Positions 43,301 to 55,948 of a stretch of 64,000 nt of DNA are shown here, in pieces. The stretch is taken from NCBI GenBank assembly GCA_002269645.1, contig NIVC01000892.1:186001-250000 (forward strand), given 5' to 3'. The position numbers were made by a program, and so were the translations under genes. The DNA comes from Macrostomum lignano (lineage: Eukaryota). How positions within the stretch are numbered: the stretch's first letter is position 1; every line of letters begins with the position of its first letter. Below the pieces are notes generated by a model that did no database searches, was not told the origin of the DNA, and worked only from the letters and a program-made list of their open reading frames with translations.

Positions 43301-46300
43301 TCCCCGGCTGCGGTTGGGTACCTGTGGGAGATGGATGGCTTCCATGATGATTTATAATCGGCTCCGAATCAAACATTTTGTCGCCTGGTTTTTATCGCCC
43401 TTTAATCTGAGATTTTGGCTAGATTAGCAATCCATTCTATTCCTTCATCTGTGATGTTGGCTAGATTAGCAAGCCATTTTATTCCTTCATCTGTGATGTT
43501 GGCTAGATTAGCAATCCATTCCATTCCTTCATCTGTTATGTTGGCTAGATTAGCAATCCATTTTATTCCTTCAATCTGAGATTTGGGCTAGATTAGCAAT
43601 CTATCTCGCACAATAACCGCTTATACAGACTGTCCAATAGTAGACAGGATGCACTGACCCCAGGAAATACATCAGCCCTATAAAGTTAAGCTGCAGACAC
43701 CACAAGGCAAACATGAGTAGTATATATTCGTATCTCATGCCAAAAAGTCGAACATTATTTCGCGCACTTCCTTTCTCGGCTGCAGGTAAATAGGCTGCTA
43801 AGGTGGACCCGCCTTGCCTGCACTCGTCTAACTGGTTGCCATGCTAGCTAGCTGTGTCACGCGCAGCGAATTAACTATTAATGAAGCACCGGCGACAGGA
43901 CGTAGCCATGACAGCAGCGCGCGATTCTACTGGGCCTGTTGGCTGTTCTGTTCACTAAAATATCTGTGCAATATTCATACCAATGCCCTGACCCACAGTG
44001 CCATTTCATTTGAGAAGAGTGCCATTTCATCTGAGAAGAGTGCCATTTCATTTGAGAAGAGCGCCATTTCATCTGAGAAGAGTGCCATTTCATTTGAGAA
44101 GAGCGCCATTTCATTTGAGAAGAGTGCCATTTCATTTGAGAAGAGCGCCATTTCATCTGAGAAGAGGAGTCCCGGCTATACTAAAAGGCGGCGCCCTTTG
44201 AGGCACTAGCAACGCCTTTGACAGGTGGCGCATGCAATCAACTCACCGCTTGTTACTCCTAAAGTACTTGATGTTGCCGCCGCAGCGCCGCCAACCGACG
44301 CCCTTGTCAGCCGCGGCTCTCTCGCTGTACATCAGCGGTCGAAGCCCTTCGTTGTACAGACTGGCGGACTGCGTTGTTTTTTCAGGAGAAATTTACGGGG
44401 GAAGTCAGTAGAGCACTCAGAGAGACTGGGACTAACTTCATCCCTACCCTTGACAGTTGCCAGGAAGCTGAAGTACACACGCAGCACCAATACTTCATCA
44501 TTTCCTTTGATAGCACAGTAGACTGGGGAGGGGGCACTGGGTTAGATTTTCTTTGTTACAATTGCCAGACAATGAGTGGGAAGCGTTTTTAGAATGCACT
44601 TTTCCTTACTATTAGGTTGACTACTATTAATGAGCTTTGAGTCTAAGGAGAGAACTTGGTTGAGAGATAGGTGAAAGATTTTGTGATTACAGGTAGACAG
44701 ACCTATCGATTACAGGTAGAGAGACCTATCGATTACAGGTAGAGAGACTTATCGATTACAGGTAGAGAGACCTATCGATTACAGGTAGAGAGACCTATCT
44801 ATTACAGGTAGAGAGACCTATCTATTACAGGTAGAGAGACCTATCGATTACAGGTAGAGAGACCTATCGATTACAGGTAGAGAGACCTATCTATTACAGG
44901 TAGAGAGACCTATCTATTACAGATAGACCTATCGATTACAGGTAGAGAGACCTATCGATTACAGGTAGAGAGACCTATCGATTACAGGTAGAGAGACCTA
45001 TCGATTACAGGTAGACAGACTCTTCTATTACAGGTAGAGAGACCTCTCGATTACAGGTAGAGAGACCTATCGATTACAGGTAGAGAGACCTATCGATTAC
45101 AGGTAGAGAGACCTATCGATTACAGGTAGAGAGACCTATCGATTACAGGTAAAGAGACCTATCGATTACAGGTAGAGAGACCTATCGATTACAGGTAGAC
45201 AGACTCTTCTATTACAGGTAGAGAGACCTATCTATTACAGGTAGAGAGACCTATCGATTACAGGTAGACAGACTCTTCAATTACAGGTGGAGAGACCTAT
45301 CTATTACAGGTAGAGAGACCTATCTATTACAGGTAGAGAGACCTATCGATTACAGGTAGAGAGACCTATCGATTACAGGTAGAGAGACCTATCGATTACA
45401 GGTAGAGAGACCTATCTATTACATGTAGAGAGACCTATCTATTACAGGTAGAGAGACCTATCGATTACAGGTAGAGAGACCTATCGATTACAGGTAGAGA
45501 GACCTATCTATTACATGTAGAGAGACCTATCTATTACAGGTAGAGAGACCTATCGATTACAGGTAGAGACCCATCGATTACAGGTAGACAGACTCTTCAA
45601 TTACAGGTAGAGAGACCTATCGATTACAGGTAGAGAGACCTATCGATTACAGGTAGAGAGACCTATCTATTACATGTAGAGAGACCTATCTATTACAGGT
45701 AGAGAGACCTATCGATTACAGGTAGAGACCCATCGATTACAGGTAGACAGACTCTTCAATTACAGGTAGAGAGACCTATCGATTACAGGTAGAGAGACCT
45801 ATCTATTACAGGTAGAGAGACCTATCGATTACAGGTAGAGACCCATCGATTACAGGTAGACAGACTCTTCAATTACAGGTAGAGAGACCTATCGATTACA
45901 GGTAGACAGACCTATCGATTACAGGTAGAGAGACCTATCGATTACAGGTAGAGAGACCTATCAATTACAGAGGTAGAATGACCTATCGATTACAGGTTGA
46001 CAGACTCTTCAATTACAGGTAGAGAGACCTATCGATTACAGGTAGAGAGACCTATCGATTACAGGTAGAGAGACCTATCGATTACAGGTAGAGAGACCTA
46101 TCGATTACAGGTAGAGAGACCTATCAATTACAGAGGTAGAATGACCTATCGATTACAGGTTGACAGACTCTTCAATTACAGGTAGAGAGACCTATCGATT
46201 ACAGGTAGAGAGACCTATCGATTACAGGTAGAGAGACCTATCTATTACAGGTAGAGAGACCTATCGACGGTTAAACACAAACTACGAGAATTCGCAACCA

Positions 46301-49300
46301 ATTATTCTGACAAAATTGACTGTGAAGGAAGAAATAACTGCAACTCACCTTATAAAAGTTGACCAAAGTGAATCGGTACAGCTGCCCCGGCCTGGTGTTG
46401 GACACGCGAAAGTAGAACCACTGCGTGTGCTTGGATGTGTACAAATCAGTTCTTAGCCACAGCTCGTATTCTGTCGGGGCTCTGGAAAATTTTTTTCAGG
46501 CAGTGGATTTACTGGGCCGTCATTGACTGGTGGGGAATGGGGTCACTGATTGGGTGGAGGTGGGGGGTCACTGATTGGGGGGGGGGAATTGGGTCACTGA
46601 TTAAGTGGGAATGGGGTCACTGACTGGGTGGGGGAATGGGGTCACTAATTTCGTGGGGAATGGAGTCACTGACTGGGTGGGGGAATGGGGTCACTGATTG
46701 GGTGGGGGATGGGGCACTGATTGGGCGGGAGAATGGGGTCACCGATTAAGTGGGGAATGGGGTCACTGACTGGGTGGAGTGGAGTCACTGACTGGGTGGG
46801 GAATGGGGTCACTGATACTAGGTAGGATGGTTCACTGATACTAATAGAAGGGTCACTAATACTAATGGATGGGGTTACTTACGGCTGACAGGATCTGGTC
46901 ACTTGATGGGGTCAGTGATATTAAATTATTGTACTTTATTAAAACTAAGCGAACTTTTTTACAACGCAACAGACTACAGACTTCGTAGAACATGCATGAA
47001 GGGCCATACAGTCACGCTTGCATTTCTCACGCTCGTAGCGTGAGCGACCCTTGGGCTCAAATCTTTTTGCTTCAACTTCTCACTCCAGTCAGTACACAAA
47101 GTAATTATCTATTATAATTGGCTGTCGCACCTCCAGGGGCTCGTTTCTTTGTTTAACTAGGCACTGGGCTGAGCAAATTAATAAGTGTCAGCATATTCTA
47201 GTCTAGCCAATTATTTGTGCAAATCTGAGTTTAATTAGCAATTTCGGTTGAAGCAATTAATTCTGTTTTTATTTCAACTCCAAATTGAATGTAAATTAGC
47301 GGCTTGTTTGATGTTTGTATGATGAAAACCATTATGCGATTTTGGTCTAGAGAACAAAATCTGTGTGTGTACTACGAGCTAGTAAGTACTTTTGTCATAT
47401 CTGTCTGGTTTGTGAGTACTGGCAGATTAAATCTCAAATTACTATAGCTTTTATTGGTCATGCTAAAAATGTCTAGTTAGGCCGTATGCACAATGATTCA
47501 GTGATTCAGTGACTCAAGGATTCAGTGACTCAAGGATTCAGTGACTCAAGGATTCAATAATTCAGTGACTCAAGGATTCAATGATTCAGTGACTCAAGGA
47601 TTCAGTGACTCAAGGATTCAACGATTCAGTGACTCAAGGATTCAATGACTCAAGGATTCAATGATTCAGTGACTCAAGGATTCAGTGACTCAAGGATTCA
47701 ATGATTCAGTGACTCAAGGATTCAGTGACTCAAGGATTCAATAATTCAGTGACTCAAGGATTCAATAATTCAGTGACTCAAAGATTCAATGATTCAGTGA
47801 CTCAAGGATTCAATATTGACTCAAGGATTCAATAATTCAGTGACTCAAGGATTCAATAATTCAGTGACTCAAAGATTCAATGATTCAGTGACTTAAGGAT
47901 TCAGTGACTCAAGGATTCAATGATTCAGTGACTCAATGATTCAATGATTCAGTGACTCAAGGATTCAATGATTCAGTGACTCAAGAATTCAGTGACTCAA
48001 GGATTCAGTGACTCAATGATTCAGTGACACAAAAATTCAATGACTCTATGATTCAATTATTCAATTACTCAATGGCTCAATGACTCAATGGCTAAATAAT
48101 TAAGAGACTCAATGATCAAGAAACCTAACGACATAACTACGAGTATTTAATTACTCAATAACTCAATGATTTAATGGCTCAATGCTTCAATGATTTAATG
48201 ACTCTGTGGTTAGATAACTCAAGGACTCAATGACAATAACTCAAGCACATTTCTCTTACACTTGATATGCTTTACGCAGATTTCCGCATTCAAATCGTGA
48301 CTCAAATTGCAGAGTATCGTCCGTCTCGCTCTCTAGCCGGGCCTGACAGGTGCTCAGCGTTTTTGCTCCCCCGATTCTAGACTTGATGAACTGGAATAGC
48401 AAAACAATGACTATTACAGCACAGTAAGGCAATTTGTTTTGTTAATTTAAGTACACAATGTACTTACAAATGGAGAGATGACCGGTTCGTAGCTGAATAC
48501 TAAACGGCCACCGCCCTCTTCGCCTAAGATTGTGGGACTGGGTTCGAATCCGGCTGTAAATTGTGGATGAAATAATAGACTCTATAGTTAGATTAAAGTA
48601 CATCTAGTCTTTATTTTGTACTTTCTCTGGCTTACTGGGATGATTAAACGGTTCTGGTCCTGGATTGTCGTAAATATGAGTCACTCGTTCTGGTAGCACT
48701 TCCAGTTCGATCGGCCTGATGATTTTTTTAGAACTTGTAACTTTAACAGATGATCTGGATTATAACAAATTTAATTTCTTTACTTTCAAATGATTTTTAA
48801 CACTCACCATTTCGGCGGATGGAATCCCGGGTCTGGGGCAATGCTGAACAGTGCTCTTGGCTCCTTAAGTTTGGTAATCTGAAGGATTGAAAGAACAGAG
48901 AAGGGAGTGAGAGTTGCGACCTCAGAAGGATCGAGTGAGAGTTTGTAGCGTATTCACTAATATTATAAAAGTATTGCAGCTAGCGTACGTATTATAACTA
49001 CTGTATTCTAGAAACTTCCGCGTAAACACGCACTTTCCATATTTGGCATTTTGAATTCCCGCGCACCCCCTTTCTAGAAACTGCTTCTCGAACTTTCCGG
49101 ATTCCGGAATGTTCTTTTAACACATATATAAATATACAGCACCCTAACGCGCAATTATTCAATTCCCTCTTCTTTTCCGCACGGAAAACAATCAAAGCAA
49201 AAACCAAAACAAACGAACCACCGCGTTTCACGCCTCAATTATTTTCGCAATTCTACAAGTTCATATGACACAGTAGAGTCGCATCGGGTAACTTACCACT

Positions 49301-49571
49301 TTTCCATCGTTGACATTATAGACAACCTGGTTACTATTAAGCTCCTTCTCAGGTCCTGGTGGCGTTCGCTCTATAGTGTGGCATTAGGATATGTTTGTAG
49401 TATGTATATCAAGTATAAATTGATTTTTATTAAGTTAATCTCACCTTTACTCTTTAATGCCTCATTGAGATAATCATCCTCAAATCCATATTCTTTGTAG
49501 TCTGGCTGCACCTCCTGATCTTGCCAGCTGTCCAGGCCCTTAAGGCGTTTTTCATTTTTTCCTATAATCAT
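29548..49571 (-). CDS. AGBL2/AGBL3: Cytosolic carboxypeptidase / tubulin deglutamylase, CCP2/CCP3 type (M14D), ~1118 aa, 16 exons
   Basis: Exons 49571-49445, 49370-49297, 48878-48808, 48715-48636, 48553-48468, 48390-48260, 46481-46349, 44368-44247, 43321-42961, 42356-41691, 39127-38819, 36176-35943, 35757-35538, 32965-32738, 30657-30529, 29933-29548 (3357 nt, in frame). Motifs [85 protein letters not shown]. The low-complexity C-terminal exons and the start codon are less certain. Confidence 0.88.
29942..30519. repeat. 42-bp minisatellite making up almost all of the last intron of the carboxypeptidase gene
   Basis: Intron 30528-29934; the array starts within ~10 nt of each splice site. Confidence 0.95.
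31860..32241 (+). mobile_element. SINE-like or 5'-truncated retro-insertion with (TTAG)n tail and 28-bp TSD
   Basis: AGTCAATACATCAATCAATCAATCAACC at 31832-31859 and 32242-32269; GC-rich 382-bp body ending TTAGTTAGTTAGTT. Confidence 0.75.
32270..32640. repeat. (TCAA)n/(CCAATCAATCAA)n/(AAAT)n microsatellite
   Basis: Direct inspection. Confidence 0.9.
33300..34310. repeat. 23-bp minisatellite (GAGATCAGGATTGAGAGTCTCTA)
   Basis: About 43 units; unit junctions form the palindrome TCTCTAGAGA. Confidence 0.96.
34850..35460. repeat. 44-45 bp C-rich minisatellite (CCCCACTCCCCGGCCATCCGCTAAAACCCTGGATTCCTCACCCA)
   Basis: Regular from ~35050, degenerate to the left. Confidence 0.9.
36372..36790. repeat. 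41-bp C-rich minisatellite (CCCCAGTTTTCTCACCCACCACCTCACTCCGCCACTCTGTA)
   Basis: About 10 units; same family at 39470-39735. Confidence 0.93.
37775..38200 (+). mobile_element. Possible solo LTR with an internal ~70-bp duplication
   Basis: Starts TGTGG; direct repeat GACGGACGAAACTC..CCAATGAGAGAGCAG..GGAGAGAGG at ~37846 and ~37925; TATA-like TTTATA at ~38004. No TSD found; right boundary uncertain. Confidence 0.3.
38480..38695. repeat. 21-bp minisatellite (CACCTGTTACACAGTGAGTAC)
   Basis: About 10 units. Confidence 0.93.
39470..39735. repeat. 41-bp C-rich minisatellite, second locus
   Basis: Matches the 36372-36790 unit. Confidence 0.88.
40308..40378. repeat. (GATA)n microsatellite
   Basis: Direct inspection. 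Confidence 0.93.
41075..41577. repeat. 12-bp minisatellite (GGAGACAAGAAG)
   Basis: About 41 units in the intron after the catalytic exon; gives the LLVS/ETRR ORFs. Confidence 0.96.
42450..42850. repeat. 23-bp minisatellite (TTACAGGTAGACAGAACTATTGG), degenerate
   Basis: Same family as 44683-46266. Confidence 0.88.
43405..43600. repeat. 42-bp minisatellite family, inverted copy
   Basis: TGATGTTGGCTAGATTAGCAATCCATTCTATTCCTTCATC is the reverse complement of the 19525/29942 unit; 4-5 units. Confidence 0.88.
43996..44165. repeat. 21-bp minisatellite (AGTGCCATTTCATTTGAGAAG)
   Basis: 8 units. Confidence 0.93.
44683..46266. repeat. 23-bp minisatellite (GATTACAGGTAGAGAGACCTATC)
   Basis: About 68 units with higher-order variant blocks. 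Confidence 0.97.
46520..46920. repeat. ~25-bp G-rich minisatellite (GGGGTCACTGACTGGGTGGGGAAT)
   Basis: Degenerate direct units. Confidence 0.85.
47495..48235. repeat. 16/24-bp minisatellite (TCAGTGACTCAAGGAT +/- TCAATGAT)
   Basis: Regular to ~48030, then degenerate. Confidence 0.93.
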
Positions 49572-52069
49572 AATTTAGAAAATCCAGTTGTTATTAAGAA
49601 TTTTAATTAATGCTTGCAAAGTATAGAAATGAAGTTTTGCACACAAAATACCTGTGTAGTAACCATAGTGTTGAAGATGCTTTCGCATAAAATTATCATA
49701 TGGACTCTGTAAAGACAAGGTTAAAACGAATCGATTGAGAGATTTTCTGTCTGATTAAACTGAACTGCTAAAAATCTTTAAGAATACACTGCATTGAAAA
49801 TATTAAGAGAAAGTTAATTTTGAAAGCCAATGTTTTCAGATAGCTTTATATACATGCTATTGCATCTAAAGGAAAGTGTTGCAAAAATTCACAAAAATAA
49901 GGTAAACAGAAATACCTTAAAATTTTAAGGTATGCTTATTTTAACAGATTTTCAGCTCCAAATTAGAGTTTAATTTTCAGAGTACACTTGCATGTTTACC
50001 ATTGAAAAAAGTTTATTTAAAAGGTGGGTTTGTATTTAGGATTTAAAGCCCAGAAGCCAATACTAAAACATTAGAATAGCACTGTAACATATTTCAACTA
50101 AAAAAAATTAATCAGCATACGTCATTTGAGTAGTCGTAAAACTTCGTCCCACTTTGTGAATCGTATTGGCGTGATGGGACAAACATCGCAAAGTAGATCG
50201 ATAGTTTTCTTTCGTTTAGGTCATTTAGACCGTTGTTTTATTATGATAAACAGGTTGAAAATTCATTAAGTAGCACCAAATATTTTACAAAGCCTAAAAT
50301 GGAACCGATTTTTCTGAACAGAAGATAAAAATAGAGGTCTAGGGCCTACTGTCAAGGATTTCACCATCCAGAAGTAAATATGCCTTCTTAAAATTAAATC
50401 GAAAGCATGAATTCTTATGTAAACTCTTTTTCTCTTAAACATTATAAAACCAATCAAATTCAAATGTAACAAAAAGATTTTAAAATGTCTTTCATTTAAT
50501 AAAATCCACAAATAGTGTGTGGATAAGAAAATTTCAATTTGTTTTTGTTTTACTCTAATAGTTGACACCTCGGATCCGTTTACGTTAAAAATAGCCATAC
50601 ATAAAAGTTCCTTCACACCGCCGTCAAATTAATAACCATTATAAATCCCACAATTGAAATGCAACGTGGCGAAAAAGTATGACCACGCTAAAATTGGCGC
50701 CACTTGCTCCCTTGATGGCCAGTATGAACGATTGGGAGCTCGAGCTTGTTGCATTGGCTGAATACTTGGTGTATATTGATTTGGCCGATCAGATGCAATC
50801 ATTAAATGTGAACAAAGCTTTTTAAGGGCAGTTTACATTACCTGCAGGTGGATATAACTCTATGGGGTCATTGATTGCTCAAATCAATGTGAAATTTGTG
50901 CAGGGGCCATTTGACCAGCAGAATATTGAGGGTTTAGGGTTTAGAATTAATTTGAACTGGGCGCGTTTAGTACACAACTTTTAGTACCCTATTTTGAAAA
51001 AACTCCCTTAATTTTTCTTAAAACAAGTGGAACAGATCAATTCAGACACTGCAGCAGATTTACACTGTATAAGGATGGTTTAATTGTCTTTTGATTTCTG
51101 CTCAAGCAAAATGTACAAAATGTACAAAATGTACAATAAAATAGTTAGACTCCATCTTCTGGCTCTAATTAAAAAAGGGTTGGCGTAGAGAAATCGAGAC
51201 CAAATGCTTCAGGCTCCATTCTAGAGCACTATCGTCCGGCCGTATAGATCGGAGATATGGCCCGAAATGCTAAAAGTGGTCGGGCTTTCGGCTCCAAAAA
51301 ATATGAAGAGATAGACTCCAAATTTAGCTTCAAATGAAGCGTTGACGTAGATAAATTGGGATCCGGGTTTCGGGCTCCATTTTGACTCTTTTAAGTTCAC
51401 ATACCCAGCGCTCACTTCTGCTACTGAGTCAATTGTCTTTACAGTCTTCCCATGTTTTCTACTGCTACATGTATACTCTTAACTCACTACTCTCATACTG
51501 CGAGATACTGACGAGGGAAGTCTTTTATTATTTCTTATTTTGTGTCGTCGAAGAAACTTCACAGCCAGCTTAAATGACGGGCTTACGGCAGATACATGTA
51601 TTAACTACATGTAGCTAAGAGATCCACATTACACATTATAGACTCAAACCTTATTTAGAACTTTTCTGCAAGTCTTTCATGTAACATTGCTGTGTTAAAG
51701 TTTTAATATATTACTATTTAATTAAGATACTCTCTATTGGCTATTAATTCGACACTATCAAATTTCAAAATGTCTTCGTGTGTTGATTGAGTTTGCTAGT
51801 TAGATATTTTTAAAATGCAACTTCAGTGTTTAATTGTGATAAACACTTTTACAATCTTAAGCCCGATTGTTGTGTCAATTTCGACAAGAAATGTCTACCA
51901 AATCACATCTTACTGTGTCAGCAAAAGCTACATGTAGGCTCCGCTAATCTCTTAGTGCTATACACTTATACTCAGCAACATTGAAAAGTCGCCACTCTAT
52001 GTAAGCGCAAGTGAGCAATTTCTCTTGGACTATTCTGAAATAAAAAGATACGAGAAAACTGAGGCGTAG

Positions 52070-52990
<921 letters not shown>

Positions 52991-54267
52991 AATGCTATTA
53001 AGGGCCAACCCCCAAGGCACAGTGAAGTGTACATGCCTAACGATAAATAAAGCATTTGTCGCAGAACAGACGCTGAAGCAACTGTCTGTAGAAAAATATT
53101 TTTAAAGCAACCTGCCTCTCCGGTTATAAAAGATATTACTGAACCGGTCTGCATTAATTTTATTAGAATAATCCTTACGCACTACTGTTACTAGAAATGC
53201 AAATAAATGCTTACATGTAAAAGTAACTTTTTGAGTAAACATCTTTCAAAGTGAAACTTATACAGCTTATACAAATTTCTTTCAGCAACGTATATACAAC
53301 GATGCTAAGTATAAAAAACCCCAGGGAATGCACAGCCACTGAGGTACTTGTAAGGGGTTGGGTTAAGCTTACAGTATGCAAGGATGTTTTCTTGTAGGTG
53401 AAAAACCGTCTCATTAAGCCTTGGTGCGCTCGTAAGTTTAATTGAAATCTGACCTCGCAAAACCAACCACTTCAGAATGGAATTATATACAACAAATAAC
53501 GATGCGATATGTAATAACTGCGACTATAGTCAATAGCTTTTGAAGCAGCTAGCAATTCATAGCTATCAAAAGCCTTTCGGTCTCAGAGCCAGAGGTCCCG
53601 CATTGATTGTTGCGCCCTGCATGGAATATGCCAGCAACAATTTCCTCATTTTGCTCGTTCTATCAACACGGACTACTTAAGTAGATATATACGTTACTTA
53701 AGTCGTCTTTGTCTATCAACTAGCTGCTATCAAACAGCTATTCCTCTCCTCTCTTACTGTCGCAGCTCGACGTCCCCTCTCTACCCTCCGTTTAAGCTGT
53801 TAGGGGCAGCGCAGCAAAAACGGCATCACCAGTTTCACTCCACAGCGGGCTTCACAAGCCCTGGCCCTCATCCAGCCATCATCAATCTGCTGCTGCATGG
53901 ACGGACCATGGAGGAAAGAATAGGAGGGAAGATCTCGGGAAAACCAGAGAAGACCAGAGCTTTTGGGAACTTCAAAAATTGGGGTACCCATATTTGTCTA
54001 TTGGGGTAGGGGGGGGGGAGCACGGCCCCCCGTTGCCCCACCGTGACCCCATCCTACGAGCTAACTTTCTGAACGAAAAGCTTTATGAACATCAATAGAC
54101 CTATAAGAAAGGCACAACATATCAAAAGATGAACATTGAGTCTGCATCTTCTCGAAAGCAAAAACATTTCTTGTGCTGAAAAATGAAAACTTCCTATCTC
54201 CGTCGCGTATTATTCGGCGATAGCCAGCCTTCTTAACGTTTTCTAAGAAACGTAGATTCCCAGTCAG

Positions 54268-55054
54268 CTAAGTATGCTTCTTCACAAATTGGAATTTAGC
54301 GTAGAAATGCAGCGGAATCTCGTGCGTCTTCGACAGCCCAGGCACCCGGTAGTCGGCCAGGGTGTTGTTCCAGAACCGCTCGACCATGCACTGCAGTGCC
54401 AGCCGTTGGAAATTATAGTAGAACTTGTTGACAAAGAACTCCGGCCTCTCATTCATAGCCGGCAGGTCTTTGATGCCCCAGATGCAGATCTGGCGCACAG
54501 CTTTGCCGGAGAGGCAGGGATAGCCGAACACGCCGAACAGCCAGTTCTTGTAGCGATTGAGAAACGGCTGCTTTACGTTGTCCGTCTTTAGGCCGGTCAG
54601 GTCTGCGCCAGGCACTTTGAGCACGTCCGGGTTGTGATTCAGCGAGGCAAATAAGGTCTCATCCGGGCACGGCCAGCTGCCGTGTTTTCTCAGGTGCTCA
54701 ATGATCTGCCGCCCAACGCTCGAGAATACGTACTCAACGAATCCTCTGGTGGCGGTGATGTGCACCGAGCCTTTGTACCACTGGATCTCTTTTTTACTGC
54801 CGTCGGGCAGTTGAACCGAAGGCTGCGGCGTTCCTCTGTACGTGCCGGCGTTCTCCAGGTTGTTTGCTCCGTTCAACGATTTGAGAATTCTAACGAGTTC
54901 GCGCATAGTGCGCAGCGGGTACTCCTGGCCTACCAGGTTGATGAAGTAACGCCATTTTTTGCTCATCTCCAGCAGGCGCTTCATGCAATACAGGTCGGCC
55001 TTTAGCACCGTGAACGTTCCCCACAGAGTATTCAATAATGGAAGAGTTTCAAAA
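54268..55054 (-). CDS. Core-2/I-branching beta-1,6-N-acetylglucosaminyltransferase (GT14, GCNT-like), terminal exon only
   Basis: Open ~260 codons: WGTFTVLKADLYCM, WRYFINLVGQEYPL, YKGS, PDETLFASL, RYKNW, C.SGKAVRQICIWG, FVNKF. Probable phase-2 acceptor ctaaag at 55056-55055; upstream exons not found. Confidence 0.82.
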
Positions 55055-55224
55055 CTTTAGAGTATTTTCTACTGTTTTTAGCTGTTTTTACTGTCTATAT
55101 CAGTTTTAGAGCAACTACCCTATTATTACTACTTCTAGGGAAGAGTTTGAAAATTTTATGTCGGCTTGATGCTTCGTAATGTTTAGTTTTTTAGTCTCAT
55201 CTATCGGTAATTCGAAAAATAGTT

Positions 55225-55947
55225 GAGCGCGCCCAGCGACAATTAACTGGACAAGCTAGTTGCTGTTGCGGCGAGTGTCGGCCTAGTGGTCAGCGTGCCG
55301 GACGACATCGAGGCTGCGATTTTGTGCGGAGGCGCTGGTGGACAGGCGACAGAGCTTCCGCGTTGTCAGCAGTTTGTTTACCTTGGCGGTCTGGTTCCCG
55401 GCGTCCGCGAGGATTTGCGGCGTCGCCGCGGGCTTTCCTGGGCTGCCTTTCGTTCTGTGAGGGCCGTCCTGCAGTCCGAGGCCTTACCCGACCGCCAGAG
55501 GGCGGCGTTGTTCCAGGCCGTGATCGAGACCGTCCTGCTGTACAACGCCGAGACCTGGACGCTGACGGAGTCACTCGAGAAACAAGTTGACGCGGCGCAT
55601 GCTGGCCTGCTGGCTCAAGATCGGCTACGAGCGAGTGACCAAAGCGGCTTTGTATCACCGCGCGCCGGCCTGGTCCGTCCAAGAGACCTGTTGCGCCGTC
55701 GTTGACTCCAGCTGGCAGGCCACATCATCTGCGCCGAGTCGTACTGCCCACAGCCGGTGCAGGAGGTGCTGCTGCTATCGCTGCAGGCACCCTACCGGTG
55801 GGGGCAGACCCGCACTCGGCGTTTCGTCGACTGCCTGCTGGCCGAAGCCTGGCGCCTTGGATTCGGCCGGCGGCGTGGCGTTCCTTTACAACCTTGCGCT
55901 GAGACGCGCCCTGTGACGCTGAACGCGTATTCTGTTGTTGTTGTTAT
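55225..55947 (+). mobile_element. 5'-truncated RTE-clade LINE (RT C-terminus) with (TTG)n tail
   Basis: FVYLGG, DLRRRRGLSWAAF, VLLYNAETWTLT, then QLAGHIICAES and PYRWGQ in shifted frames; tail TCTGTTGTTGTTGTT. Confidence 0.8.
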
Positions 55948-55948
55948 G

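Noticed and set aside
26316-46266. Strand bias of intronic repeats (pyrimidine-rich on the sense strand)
   Set aside because: Holds for several arrays but is reversed for those at 34850, 36372 and 39470, so there is no consistent rule.
46955-47070. Perfect 8-bp hairpin CTCACGCT-cgt-AGCGTGAG (47026-47044) between T-runs, as a mini Helentron-type element
   Set aside because: Single copy in the window with no other diagnostic feature; a hairpin alone is insufficient.
48468-48560. tRNA/SINE-like B box GGTTCGAATCC at 48541
   Set aside because: It is the reverse complement of coding exon 5 of the carboxypeptidase ([15 protein letters not shown]), with proper splice sites and phase.
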